From Octopus sinensis (taxonomy: Eukaryota), in NCBI RefSeq assembly GCF_006345805.1, contig NW_021833427.1, forward strand, positions 11,018 through 75,017: a DNA stretch of 64,000 nt, written 5' to 3'. Below, one piece after another: positions 1 to 13,507 of the stretch (its first letter is position 1; every line of letters begins with the position of its first letter). Position numbers and translations under genes: made by a program. The notes beneath the pieces were generated by a model that saw only the letters and a list, made by a program, of their open reading frames with translations, had not been told where the DNA came from and did not search any database.

Positions 1-22
1 AAGAGGGCTAAACGGAAAAGGA

Positions 23-73
<51 letters not shown>

Positions 74-514
74 CAATATCAGATAGGGAGACAGACAAAG
101 GGCGAGAGAGAGAGAGAGAGAAAGTAAGATGGAGAAAAAGAAAGACAGAGAGAAAAATTGTAAGTAAACATCATTTCTAAAATTATGTCTGCAAAATTGA
201 AGGAATATTGATTTTACTGGTCGATATTTATAAACTATTTTCACACTGAGAAGACATTTTATTCCAGATATAAACGCCGCCACAGAAAAATTCTTCCATG
301 GCTGCAATGGGAAACGTTTCAGCAATCGTTATTGCTGGCTGCTGCAGCAAGAGACCGCGTTCTGCGTCGAGAAACTGTTTTATTTCTCATCTAAACCTCT
401 TAAAAATCTTTATCAACGAAAGAGAAGGTAAAAGAAAGTTGCTTTCCAAAACCAATAAATTAACATAGTATCGATGAAGATCGATATAATTTAAGGCCAG
501 TAGCGAACTGAGAG

Positions 515-569
515 AATACATACGTACATATATGCATACATACATACATGGATACATACATACATACAC

Positions 570-619
<50 letters not shown>

Positions 620-1025
620 CATATATACATACATACATGCATACATACACACATACATACATGCATACATGCATACATACATACATATATACATACATAC
701 ATGCATACACACACACATACATACATGCATATATACATACATACAAACAAACATATATACGTACATGTATACATAGATACAAACATATATACATACTTGT
801 ATACATGCTTACATACATATATATATATATGCATACATACATACAAACATACATGTATACATATATACATACATAGAAACATACATACACACACATACAT
901 ACATACATACATTCATACATACACACCCACATACATACATACATACATACATAAATACACACACACATCCATACATACATACATATACAAATACATACAC
1001 ACACACATACATTCATCCATACACA
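515..1025. repeat. compound (ATAC)n/(AT)n/(AC)n microsatellite
   Basis: Direct reading. It generates the MYVC/HTYI pseudo-ORFs. Similar tracts lie at about 2745-3160, 19350-20030, 20285-20740, 53740-54225 and 57885-58120. Confidence 0.95.
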
Positions 1026-1204
1026 TGTCTGTGTGTCTATGTGATGTTTGTTTCAGTTTGGCCTCTTCAAAGAACTCACTCACAGACGTACAATCAAAGA
1101 ACTTTCTATGTATTTTTATTGGTTCCAAAGTTGGAATTAAAGATCGCGAGGAAATCGTCGTCTGTAGTTGCTCTATATTTATCGCTTTAATTAATTTTAA
1201 TTAG

Positions 1205-1480
1205 GTAAAGTCATTAACTGGCACTGCAGAACTATCATTAGTTAACTCTGTCACCGTTTGACAGTTATTGCAAAGCATCATCGAAGCTATTACTCCGAAA
1301 GAAACATAATCAAAGAAAGAATTAGATGACAAGTTTCTCAAAGAATATTTTGGTTCTATTTTATTTCTACCAAACGGATACAAAGTTGTTTAGGAAATGG
1401 CTTCGAGAAACTCAGGAATTAAATAATAATTTGATTGCTTTGCCCTCAAATATAAGACAAAACACCGCGTGTTCAGGATT
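1205..1480 (+). pseudogene. possible degenerate DNA-transposon (Academ-like) transposase fragment
   Basis: Frameshifted and stop-interrupted pieces VKSLTGTAEL, CHRL-SYCKA and IALPSNI resemble a recalled VKSLTGxxEL...GHGxSYS...ALPSNI motif of large invertebrate DNA-transposon proteins. Recall only; no search was run. Confidence 0.25.
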
Positions 1481-2039
1481 TACAGTTGAACGAGTTCGAG
1501 TGGGGTTGAACGATCGAAAATAGTTCAGTGATCTTAAAGGGTGAAAGGTCACAACACTCAAGTCATAAAGCATTATATGTTAACCTGAGTAATAGCGGCC
1601 CCTCGAGGTTGAGCTCACAAGGTGGGATGGAGAAGATTAAAGGGCGGTGGGGTTGCTTTGGTGTTGAGAGACAGTCGTGATTTTCATAAAAATATAATTG
1701 TTAACCACGGTACGATACATTTATGTTACAAACATTTTAAAACCGACTTCTTACTGGGATTAAATTATGATAGCATTTTATTATGAGTGAGATGATTAAT
1801 TACTGATGATGTTCCAAGGTCCAGTATAATTTCATTATATAATTGGGACATTGTGTTATGAGTGAGCAGATTAATGACAGATAATGTTCTAAGATCCGAT
1901 GTAAGTTCAAAAAGCGTACGATACGACGACAACTTACCCTGGGGCCATGAAGTCACGGGCACCCTCTTCCGTTCCACATCATCCAAATAAACCCCTTGCC
2001 ACATTCTGGGTCGCCCTAAATATCACTGAGAAGTACGTT

Positions 2040-2077
<38 letters not shown>

Positions 2078-2810
2078 TACTCAGCTACTTGCGTGCTTAA
2101 AATTTCACGAAGACTGTTCCTTTGACCGGATCAACTTGGAACCCGCGTCGTCGTAACCGACGGAGGGCCAAGTTTAATGAAATACACCAACAATGATTAC
2201 GCCATAACACATAAAACCACATCCACACCATCAAAGCAACTCCTGGTTGCACTGGTTACTCTCTTTCGAACCCCTTTCATTCCTATTCTTTCAGACTTGC
2301 AATTACAACGAGTCTCAACACAGAAATGCGTTGCGTTGCGTTCAGTCCTAGACAAAAGTTCGCAATATTTAATTCAATTAACAAATAAATATCACAAAAA
2401 TGAAATAATGAATAAAAGAAACGAAGAAAGGCGAGCCTAATAATGCGGTTCACCACAGTTCTGGTCTGACTGTAATCTCCTACGCATTTTAACTGCTTCG
2501 CTGAATTCAAATATGATACAATTACCGCAAGATTTTTAATGATTCAGCGTTCTGTTCGAGCTTTGAAGTCGTCACAACAATATGGAGGTCTTCACTTTGA
2601 AAGACAAACTTTGCTTTATTCGAATATTTTTACGTTGCCATTGTGGCAAAAAAAAAAAGAAAGAAAAAAAGGAAAAGCAGTCTTCACCGGAGACATGCTT
2701 CGAAACGGATTCCGGCTGGCAGGATGGCTCAGTGAATTTAAACGTATACATATATTTATGTGTGTGTGTATGTGTGTGTGTGTGTGTGTGTGTGTACGTA
2801 CGTATCTATG

Positions 2811-2855
<45 letters not shown>

Positions 2856-3091
2856 ATGTGTGCATGTGTACAAGTGTATGCGTGTGTGTGTATGTGTATG
2901 TATGTAAACATATATATATATATATATATATATGCATGTATATGTATGTTATCTACATGTATATATGTATATATCTATCAATTTTCTGTTCAATTACTTC
3001 ATGTGAATATATGTGTGTCTACGCATATACACATACTTATATATAAACGCATATGTGCAAACATACATATGTGTGTGTGTGTGTGTGTATG

Positions 3092-3125
<34 letters not shown>

Positions 3126-3250
3126 TGTATGTATGTATGTATGTATGTATGTATGCAAGCATGCGTGTGAATATGACTGGCAAGTGTCCTGCTCTGAAAC
3201 AGTTCTACCATAGTCGAGTCACTTATATTCATTGACTGCAGAGGTGGGTT

Positions 3251-3310
3251 AGGACAACTGTCGAGCTGATGACGCCTCTTGAGGTAGAAACATGTCTCTG
3301 TGACTGTCCT
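3251..3310 (+). ncRNA. minimal type I hammerhead ribozyme motif (Penelope-like element type)
   Basis: CTGATGA at 3266-3272, stem II GCCTC/GAGGT, GAAA at 3287-3290, palindromic ACATGT and a GTC triplet ending at 3296. Helix I is imperfect (AGGACA/TGTCCT and GTC/GAC). Confidence 0.6.
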
Positions 3311-3460
3311 TTTATTTCCAGACACTAAGTTTATCCTTTTCCTGAATGGCAAGTCGAGTTTTGAGATTTGTTAAGTCTTGGGATTATCTCTCCTTCTCAA
3401 GTTGAGCTGGGTGGAATTAATTGTCATTTGGTAGTAACGATATATATCCCCTAGAGATAG

Positions 3461-3561
3461 GTTATAGTGGAAGACACTTGCCCAAGGTGCCACGCAGTGA
3501 GACTGAACCCGGAGCCATGTGATTGAAAAACAAACTCTTTACCACACAACCACGCCTGCGC
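3461..3561 (-). mobile_element. SINE family A, 5' (tRNA head) fragment
   Basis: Reverse complement of the family A head (gaagacacttgcccaaggtgccacgcagt...gaacccgg). Confidence 0.8.
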
Positions 3562-4834
3562 ACACGCACACACACACACATGCATATACACAAGCGTGTG
3601 TGCACTCACAGGACATTTTCATATGACGCCGCCAGAAAATGTTACGGCAGAAATTGTTTTCACCTCAATAGACGTCATTGATTGGTTGAAATTGCCGAAA
3701 TGCAAAATATTAAACAACAAATATCTTACAAACTACAGGATTTTCTCAAGAAAGCCAAGAGAAAAAGATGTTTTATAAACACATTCTACCAGTATACGAA
3801 GTTTAAAATTTTTTAGTTGCATAGAAAATATTTTAAAAATCTGCCCGTCAAAGATCCCACATACAGGCGGTACTCCAGCATGGCCGCAGTTAAATGACTG
3901 AAACAAGTAAAAGAGTAAAAGAATATACAAAAACACACACAGACACAAACGAGAGAAGAGTGCCCTCAACACATATTGTGGAGGACGGCTTATAGTATTG
4001 TTGTGGTATGTCTCTCGTGTTGTGTTGTTTGTGCTGTGTTGTTAAGCACGTTGTGCTTGTGTTGTGCGTCATGGTGTTCCGGCGTGTCGCCATGTTGTGT
4101 CGTCTGCACTGGTATGTCGTAATGTCCGCCGTAGTCTGCGCGGTCGTGTTACTCCATAACTCTGACAATAAAATGCTGGTTATGTTTTATGGAGCGTGAC
4201 ATTACTTATCTCTCTCGCTCTAAACAATCGTGAACTACTCCGTTCCGCTCCACTGCATCTCTTCCACCCACTTCTCTTCTTCACTCTCTCTTTCTCTCTT
4301 TCCCTCTTTCGCACCCCCCTCCCCTTCTTTCAATTTTGTTGCATGTTTTATATATTTTGTTGTTTTCTTTTTGATCAACTTCCGGTGAGAAGAAAAGGAG
4401 AAGGGGGATGAGAAGGGAAGTATTTTTATTCTTGCTTAGATTGTTTTTGTTTTATATGACTTTCTCCTCTGGTCCCTGGACCCTGGACCCTGGTCCCCAA
4501 TCTACCCCTATAAGTGTGTGTGTGTGGGGGGGTGTATGCATCCACACTCGTGTGTAAATACATAGATGCGTACACATATACATACCCTTTTACTCTTTTA
4601 CTTGTTTCAGTCATTTGACTGCGGCCATGCTGGAGCACCGCCTTTAGTCGAACAAATCGATCCCAGGACTTATTCTGATACAGAAATACGTACGTACATA
4701 CGTACATACATACATACACATACATACATACATACATAGGTACGTTTTGCGTAAACTTATTAGTCCAAAACCTAATGCCCCTAGGTACGAATGAGGATTC
4801 ATAGCCACGGATTTATCTATGTATATTTATGTAT

Positions 4835-5253
4835 AGGAGTGGCTGTGTGATATGTAGCTTGCTTGCAAATCACATGGTTCCGGGTTCAGTCCCATTGCGT
4901 GGCACCTTGGGCAAGTGTCTTCTGCTATAACCTCGGGCCGACCAAAGCCTTGTGAGCGGATTTGGTAGACGGAAACTGAAATAAGCCTGTCGTATATATA
5001 TATATATGTGTGTGTGTGTGTGCGTGTGTGTGTGTGTGTGTGTTCGTGTGTCTGTGTTTGTTCCCCCCACCATCACTTGACAACCGATGTTAGTGTGTTT
5101 ACGTCCCCGTAACTTAGCGGTTCGGCAAAAGAGACCGATAGAATAAATACTGGGCTACCAAAGAATAAGTCCTGGTGGAGTCGATTTGTTCGACTAAAGG
5201 CGGTGCTCCAGCATGGCCGCAGTCAAATGACTGAAACAGGTAAAAGAGTAAAG
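4835..5253 (+). mobile_element. full-length tRNA-derived SINE family A
   Basis: A-box TGGCTGTG, B-box GGTTCAGTCC, CORE-like CACCTTGGGCAAGTGTCTT, internal (TA)/(TG) tract, 3' GGCGGTGCTCCAGCATGGCCGCAGTC and a TAAAAGAG tail. More than 10 copies or fragments occur in the window, e.g. 3866-3921, 4586-4675 and 54223-54370. Confidence 0.9.
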
Positions 5254-5299
5254 CGTATAATCATGATATACATGCGTATATTATGATATGTGTATAATA

Positions 5300-5650
5300 C
5301 ATGATATACACCCATTTGAAAGTATATATAAATATAATTCATCTTGGGTGTAGCTAAATACACATTATATACAACCATTTTAGCGTGTATAATTCAACAA
5401 TCAACACGGAGTGAATTTAAATATATATTATATACACTGATTTGAGAGTATATAAAACTATAATTAATCCGAGGAGAAGCTAAATGTGTATTTTATACAC
5501 TCACTCAAGGGTATATAAAGTTATAATTGATCTGGATTGCAATTAAATATGCATTTTATACACTCATTTGTGAGTATATAAAGCTGTAATGAGTTCGGTA
5601 AAGCCATATATACATTATACACTCTCATTCGTGAGTGTATATAAAGCAGT
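5300..5650. repeat. diverged 63-bp-period minisatellite, about 6 units
   Basis: A TATACA(C) anchor recurs at 5305, 5368, 5431, 5494, 5557 and 5616. Confidence 0.75.
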
Positions 5651-5748
5651 GAGGCATTTATGTTAAATAGGTCAGGTTTAAGCAGTAATCAGATTCTGAA
5701 GAAATAAACTTCTTCGGTGGAAGAGGTCGCTGTCTGCAATGACTTATT

Positions 5749-5786
<38 letters not shown>

Positions 5787-5864
5787 ACTGTATGTGTGTG
5801 TATATATATGTATTTGTGTGTGCGTGTGTCTGTCTATACGTGTATGTGTGTGAGTGTGTGACTG

Positions 5865-5923
<59 letters not shown>

Positions 5924-6176
5924 ATATGTATATGTGTGTATGTCTGTCTGTCTATACGTGTATGTGTGTGTGACTGTATGTGTGTGTATATATGTATATG
6001 TGCGTATGTCTGTCTCTCTATACGTGTATATGTGTGAGAGTGTAACTATGTGTGTGTATATATATGTATATGTGTGTGTGTATCTATCTGTCTGGCTGTC
6101 TGTGTGTGAGTCTGTGTACGTATGTGTATATGGGTGTAGTAAGGTATGTGTGTCTGTGTGAATGTATGTGTATTTA

Positions 6177-6234
<58 letters not shown>

Positions 6235-6634
6235 GCTGTCTCTGCATCAAACATTTAGATTCCTGAATATTCTGAGACGAAATCTTGTGTCAGTTGTATT
6301 ATCATAACGGAATCGATCAAATAGAATACCAGTAATACACTTGGGTCGAATTCATCAATTGTGACCTCTTGGTGGTCTTGTATCATTATCAACCGGATCG
6401 GCCACACCGTTTTACGCCGGTGAACCATTATATAAAGCACAGAATGTGGTGCCTTCGAATTCCCCCCTACTTTTGTGTATTTTTGTCTTTTGAAGGGGAC
6501 GAAGGGGACGAAGGGGTCAGCAGGTAGGATTTGGTTGCGGTTCCTGTCTTTTATTGGCCCCTTATTTTGTCTACAAACACAATCCACACATCAACACAAT
6601 TCTCTAAACCTCCATAAACATCTCTCTAATACGA

Positions 6635-6636
6635 CG

Positions 6637-6668
<32 letters not shown>

Positions 6669-7200
6669 GGTGGTGGTGGCGGTGGTGATGATGGTGGTGG
6701 TGATGATGATGGTGGCGGTGGTGGTGGTGGTGGTGGTGGTGGTGGTGGTGGCGGTGGTGGTGGCGGCGGTGGTGGTGGTGGTGGTGGTGGTGGCGGCGGT
6801 GGTGGTGGTGGTGGTAGTGATGGTGGTGATGATGGTGGTGGTGATGATGGTGGTGGTGATGATGGTGGTGGTGGTAGTGATGGTGGTGATGATGGTGGTG
6901 GTGGTGACGGTGGTGGTGGTGGTGGTGGTAGTGGTGGTGGTGGTGGTGGTAGTGGTGGTGGTGGTGGTAGTGGTGGTGGTGGTGGTGGTGGTGATGATGG
7001 TGGTGGTGGTGGTGGTGGTGATGGTGGTGGTGGTGACGGTGGTGGTGGTGGTGGTGGTGGTGGTGGTGGTAGTGGGGTGGTGGTGATGATGGTGGTGGTG
7101 GTGGTGGTGGTGGTGATGATGGTGGTGGTGGTGGTGGTGATGGTGGTGACGGTGGTGGTGGTGGTGGTGGTGGTATTAGTGGTGGTGGTGACGGTGGCAT
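6635..7200. repeat. (GGT)n/(GAT)n trinucleotide tract
   Basis: Direct reading. It explains the poly-V, poly-H and poly-P ORFs. Confidence 0.95.
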
Positions 7201-7834
7201 CATGGTCGTTGTTCTGTTGATGAGTAAGTGGGTGGGCAGGGATGTTGTGGCGAAGATTTAAAAACAACGAAATGACGAAAAAAAAGTAACAGACAAAAGT
7301 AAAAAAAAAGTCAAAAAAAAGAAAAAAAAAAGAAAAATGGAAAAAAATGTTTTTTTGTCTTTTTCAATGCAAAACAGTTTTGCTTTCTTTTTTTTTTCAA
7401 TTGTTTCTTTCAAAATGAGATGAAGGGAGCCATGGTTGTTACTGATCAATGAGACATTGAAATATCGAACTGGCGAAGTGATTGATTTATTCCACATCAC
7501 TAATACTACAGAGTTTGATCACGTGATCTCTACCATTTAATTATTTGTTCTTATTAAGCGGAGAATGGCGGGTGGGGTGGGGCGGGGTGTCAGGTGGGGG
7601 GGCTTGTCTCGGGTTAAACAGCAATTAATACCGATGTCTGACATAGACCTGGAAGGTTGGTGGGTGGAGTTGGTTAAATCGACCCCCCAGGGACGGCGGG
7701 GAAAGACGAAGTCGACAAGAGTGGGATTTGAACTCAGAACATAAAGATACGTAACAAAATACAGCACAATACAATTCGCCCGATGCTCTACCAATTCTGA
7801 GAGCCATTTTAGCCGTGACCATCAAGTATGGCCT

Positions 7835-7874
<40 letters not shown>

Positions 7875-7908
7875 TAGTAGTAGCAGCAGCAGCAGCAGCA
7901 GCAGTAGC

Positions 7909-7958
<50 letters not shown>

Positions 7959-8127
7959 CACAGCAGCAGTAGTAGTAGTTGTACATGTGTGTGTGTATGT
8001 GTGTGTTTATGTGTGTGTATGTGTGCGTGTGTATTTATGCTCCTACATAAAGATCTCGATGTTTGATAAACAAATATTTAGCTTTGCTGTACGAAGGAGA
8101 TCCGGTCTTTCTATAGAAGAAAGCGAA

Positions 8128-8345
8128 GCACCTGTAGACTACCGCTCACCTGTATAGCATCTCACACCTGTGTACCACATCAGGACACCTGTACAACAAT
8201 AGGCAACCACACCGGCTGCAATCGCATACCTGTATAGCAACACACATCGCACGTCATCATAAACCTGTACAGCATCTCGCACCTGTGCAATACCAACACA
8301 CCTGTACACCATCTCACACCTGCCCGTCATTGTACACCTGTGCTC
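8128..8345. repeat. diverged ~19-20-bp minisatellite built on CACCTGT
   Basis: About eight CACCTG cores with related flanks (cacctgtacagcatctca). Confidence 0.6.
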
Positions 8346-8622
8346 TAAGACACTGGTCATATCTCCATACCGTTGCAGTGTGCTATACTGTACATACATA
8401 CTGTACAGCATCACACACACACACACACAGAGAAACATATCACCACACACTCACACACACACACACAGAAACATATCACCACACACTCGCACACACACAC
8501 ATCACCACACACACGCATACACACACACACTCACACACATACATACTGTTACACCAACGCACATATATATACGAGTATATATCATCTCACACACACGCAC
8601 ACACACACACACGCACACACAC

Positions 8623-8674
<52 letters not shown>

Positions 8675-9401
8675 GCATATATCCATATATATACACGGCT
8701 TCATACCCGTCTCCTTATCTGGCATTTCAGGTAACCCATTACAACCACAACTTCCACCTTCTCGTCGGCGGTGTTTGTTTTCATTTCCCTCCATCACACT
8801 CCTTTCGATCTCTCTTCGTTCCCTTTCATCTGTTATCGTTCGCCCTCCCACCCACCACCCACCACCACCGACATTTCATTTCATCGTAAATATAAGCAGG
8901 AACAACTCAAACAAAAGCTGCTTCTTTTATCCTTTCACTTCTTCATCTCTTCCTTTCGTCTTTACAACTTTTCACAACTTTTGCTTCTCTTTTCATCTTT
9001 TCTCTCCTTCTTCTTCTTCTTCTCCTCCTCCTCCTTCTTGTTCTTCTTCTTCTTTTTGTTCCTCTTCTTGTTCTCCTTCTTCTTTTCCTTCTTCTTGTTC
9101 TTCTTCTCCTTCTTCTTCTTCTTTTTCTTCTTCTTCTTTTCCTTCTTCTTCTTCTTTTCCTCCTCCTCCGCCTTCATCTTCATCCTCGTCCCCTCCTCTT
9201 CCTCCTCATCTCCTCCCCTTATCTTACTCTTCCTTGTCTTTTAACAAAACGAATTAACAGAACAAACTAGGAATTTCGTAACAGCTGTTATCACAATGTG
9301 CTTTGCATCATTTTAGCCTCTGAAAAACGCCGCCATACTGGCTTCGCGAGCAGGTCAACATTCGCGCGCGTGTGCATGCGCGCACACACACACACACATA
9401 T

Positions 9402-9502
<101 letters not shown>

Positions 9503-9559
9503 TATATATATATATATATATATATATACATGTTCAAACCGTTAATCTCTATACACATT

Positions 9560-9712
9560 TTTAATCTCCGTTTATTTTCTCTGTTAGTCCTTTCAGCTGA
9601 AGAGCGTAGGCTCGAAATGTCAATGACTTTTCCTTTCTTCCTGAACGTTAAACTAATACATTATTGTTCCTTCACTTGTCTATGTCTTTTGTTTACTGTA
9701 AATTTGAACTAC
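9560..9712 (+). mobile_element. Penelope-like terminal-repeat fragment with hammerhead-like motif
   Basis: CTGAAGAGCGTAGGCTCGAAATGTC at 9597-9621. Homologous to 31565-31690 (-) and located next to a (TA)n tract. Confidence 0.5.
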
Positions 9713-10129
9713 ACAAACACACACACAAAAAAAAAAAAAACTAAAGTTATGTAGAAAACTGACACTAAAACTGAACGAACGTTTCAATTAGTCACGGCCA
9801 AACTGCGGCCAAACGAAAAACTACCTTAAATTATTTTTTAGCAGTGCGGCCTGTTTGATGATGAACCACCTCCTAAGCGGCCTATGTATTTAGTATGCCT
9901 ACGCCTCGTTTAGATGTTGATGCGATAGGATGAAATGAAGGCCAGATAAAAGGGTGTTGAACGTCTGACAATAACAAAATTATTCTTGGATAGAACGATT
10001 AAGAACGGAACAAATATCGTAGAACATTCAAAGACAAATGGAGAAAGATCTTCAACTCCAGATTCTCGCTCCAACATTTATCCAGTTATTCTTAACCATC
10101 AATTTTTATTTCTCGTTTAACACTGTTTT

Positions 10130-10186
<57 letters not shown>

Positions 10187-11257
10187 TCTCTCGTCTCCAT
10201 CTTTCTCCTTCTCCTTCTTCTCCTCCTTTTCCTTCTTTATCGATTAAAATCTATATTTACCTGGATATACAGAGTTAACCATTAAACATAAGTTCATCCA
10301 TTCTCCGGTAATAATTTGTCACTGACTGGACTCATCCTCACGCACACCCGCCTCTCTTTCGCTTTCATTGTCTGACGTGGACGGATACACAACACACACA
10401 CACACATACACATACATACACACACATACATACACACACACATACACACACATACATACACATACACACACAGACACACTTACACACAAATACTCTCCCG
10501 CTCTCTCTACCACTCTCTCTCTCTCACTCTCCCACTCTTTCTCCCACACTCTCTCTCTCTCTTTGTTTCTTTCACTGTATATGTATATAGGTATATATGA
10601 GTGTGTATATATATATATATATGTATGTATGTATATAGGTATGTGTGTGTGTGTGTATATATATATATTTACATAGATACACATACACACACACACACAC
10701 AGACATATATATATATATATATATATTTATATATGTATATATATATATATATATATATACATATACACACACATACAAACATACATACATTTGTTTCTAT
10801 AGATAGATGAGTTGACAGAAAAAGAAAGAGAGAGAGAGAGAGAGGTCTGGTCACGAGGCTATGCAGACTCGCCGATATAACATTAGTAAAAAGACTTTTA
10901 AAAAAAAAACACCTTCTCCAACAACAACAACTACAATAACAACAACAACAGCAACAGGCCCACTGCCACCAATTGCATAATGACATCAGCAACAATGAAC
11001 AGCAAAACAGCAACAACAACAACAACAGTTAAGACATCAGGAAGAAGAAACGATTTAATCAATCAAAACAGCAAATGGAAGCCGAGAGCAATGGCGGCAG
11101 TAAATTGGAAGTAACGTAGATCGATAGTGGATTGTTGTAGGTCAGGGGAGAGGGCCATGGGGTGAATGTGTGTAATGGTAGATAGACAGACAAATAGATG
11201 GATAGATAGATAGACAGACAGATAGACAGACATAGATAGATAGATAGATAGATAGAC

Positions 11258-11332
<75 letters not shown>

Positions 11333-11749
11333 GAGGTAGATAGATAGACAGACAGACAGGTGGGTAGGTAGGTAGGTAGGTAGGTAGATAGATAGATGGA
11401 TGGATGGATGGATGGATGAATGGATGGATGGATGGATGGATGGGTGTGCCTATGTATTTAGTATGCATTTGTAAAAGATATATTTTATACACACATACGC
11501 TCAGCCACAGTCACGCATACACAATACACACACGTACGCACACAATACACACACACACGCACACAATACACACACACATACACAATTCACACATACACAC
11601 ACATATATGTATACACATATACATATAGACATATCCATATATATACATATACATTTATAAACTCTATTATTCACACACACACACATACATACATACATAC
11701 ACACATATATACACACATATATGCATATATATATACACACGCTATCGGA

Positions 11750-11970
11750 TGGTCATTGGCTTTAATGTGTTCCTTCGCCGCCCTTTGACGGGTTTCGTTT
11801 TCCTTTCTGCAGCATGGTCCAAAATCTCTGTCAGCTTGACTTTGGGAGGTCATCGGCGACGACAACCCAACCATGCCACAGGATGCACTGGATTACATGC
11901 CTGACCATCTCCTTTAACTAGGCAGTCCAACTGTCTGCCCACACTGTATCCAAGGAAACTTCCCACGTGT
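11750..11970 (-). pseudogene. highly degenerate RTE-clade LINE ORF fragment
   Basis: Minus-strand peptide pieces LWHGWVV-ADDLPK...LQKGKRNP..G resemble the RTE C-terminal W.GHV.RM.D.RLPK...GKR motif. Confidence 0.3.
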
Positions 11971-12212
11971 TGAACTCGAACTCTCATCTCGTTTTCTTCG
12001 TTGTGAGTGTTTTAGTGAAAGAAAAAGAAAGAGATAAAGGAAAGCGACAGAAAGGAAGAAAGAATGAAAGACAGTGGTAGAGAGTGGACGGAACCTCAGA
12101 GTGGACAGAACTCTTGTGGACAGCTCTACTTATTTGTAATTATTACGTAATTGTCACCGGAAGTCATATAGTGTCTGGAACACCGGAAGTCAAGGCTGTA
12201 GCTGATTCACTA

Positions 12213-12588
12213 GGTGGCGCAGTGGCCCAGTGGTTAGGGCAGCGGACTCGCGGTTGTAGGATCACGGTTTCGATTCCCAGACTGGGCGTTGTGAGTGTTT
12301 ATTGAGCGAAAACACCTAAAAGCTCCACGAGGCTCCGGCAGGGATGGTGGTGATCCCTGCTGTACTCTTTCACCACAACTTTCTCTCACTCTTTCTTCTC
12401 GTTTCTGTTGTACCTGTATATCAAAGGGACCAGCCTTGTCACACTCTGTGTCACGCTTGATCTCCCCTACGTTAAGAGTACACGTGTCTGTGGAGTGTTC
12501 AGCCACTTGCACGTTAATTTCATGAGCAGGCTGTTCCGTTGATTGGATCAACTGGAACCCTCGTCGTCGTAACCGGCGGAGTGCCACG
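12213..12588 (+). mobile_element. tRNA-derived SINE family C with 14-bp target-site duplication
   Basis: Head GGTGGCGCAGTGGCCCAGTGGTTAGGGC...GGTTTCGATTCC. TSD AGCTGATTCACTAG at 12200-12213 and 12589-12602. The 3' body also occurs at about 2030-2170, 35090-35230 and 60302-60420 (-). Confidence 0.9.
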
Positions 12589-12644
12589 AGCTGATTCACT
12601 AGAAATGTCGGTAGGAATTGAGTCTCCATTTACTTCATACGAAA

Positions 12645-12897
12645 TATATGTATACACTGTAATATATACACCGAAATATATACATACTAAAATATATATA
12701 CATACTAAAATATATATACACTGAAATATATACATACTGAAATTTATATACACTGTAATATATACACTGAAATACATACATAACATACTAAAATATATAT
12801 ACACTGTAATATATACATGCTAAAATATATACATATACTGTAATATATACACGGAAATATATACATACTAAAATATATATACACTGAAATATATAGA
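12645..12897. repeat. AT-rich 16-20-bp minisatellite (AATATATACAC[ATA]CTG/TA)
   Basis: Direct reading. Confidence 0.8.
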
Positions 12898-13507
12898 CTA
12901 AAGTGTCATTTCCACAGATAATCAGTACCTTAGGGTGACAGGAAGTTAAAAGAGATACAGGAAGTCATAGTAGTAATAATGTGACGACAGGAAGTAGATG
13001 TCGTTAAAGTCTACCAAGCCATTGACGGACCAAATATTTTTGATTTTTATAAAATTTCAATTGAAGAGACCCGTCTGACAGTTGATTTTATTCGGTGTTT
13101 ATCTTTCTCTCGAAAACTTCCCAAACGCTCTCAGCTTCGCAGTTTATTCTGCCACTGTAACCATTATTTGTTGCTAGTCTGTCAGAACAACTCGATACCA
13201 GGGTTTCATGACAGAGAATAAACAATGGAGAGATGGACCGAATGCGCGATAGAATCTTGTTGTGTGAAACAATGACCGGAAACTGTAACAGTTAATAGAC
13301 AAAACAAATGGCTTTTCGCAGACTTTCCCGCTAGAAACCGGGACCTCGCTAGTCTAAACACAACGATCTTCATTGACTTGACATTATTATAAACAAAATA
13401 TAGAATCATATTTTCTTTTTTGGTTCCAAGTTCAATTTTCTGAGGAAATATTTCTTTTATCTGCATGTGTGTGTGTGTGTGCGTTTGGTTTCATTTTTCT
13501 CTCTTTC

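Noticed and set aside
1775-1910. LRR-like peptide repeat in ORF 1765-2004
   Set aside because: It is only two diverged ~75-bp tandem copies and does not fit the LxxLxLxxN pattern.
5300-5650. CRISPR-like repeat-spacer array
   Set aside because: The variable halves are homologous to each other and the repeats are too diverged. An old minisatellite explains it better.
12152-12940. LTR or MITE bounded by TGTCACC...GGTGACA
   Set aside because: Only a 7-bp inverted match and no target-site duplication.
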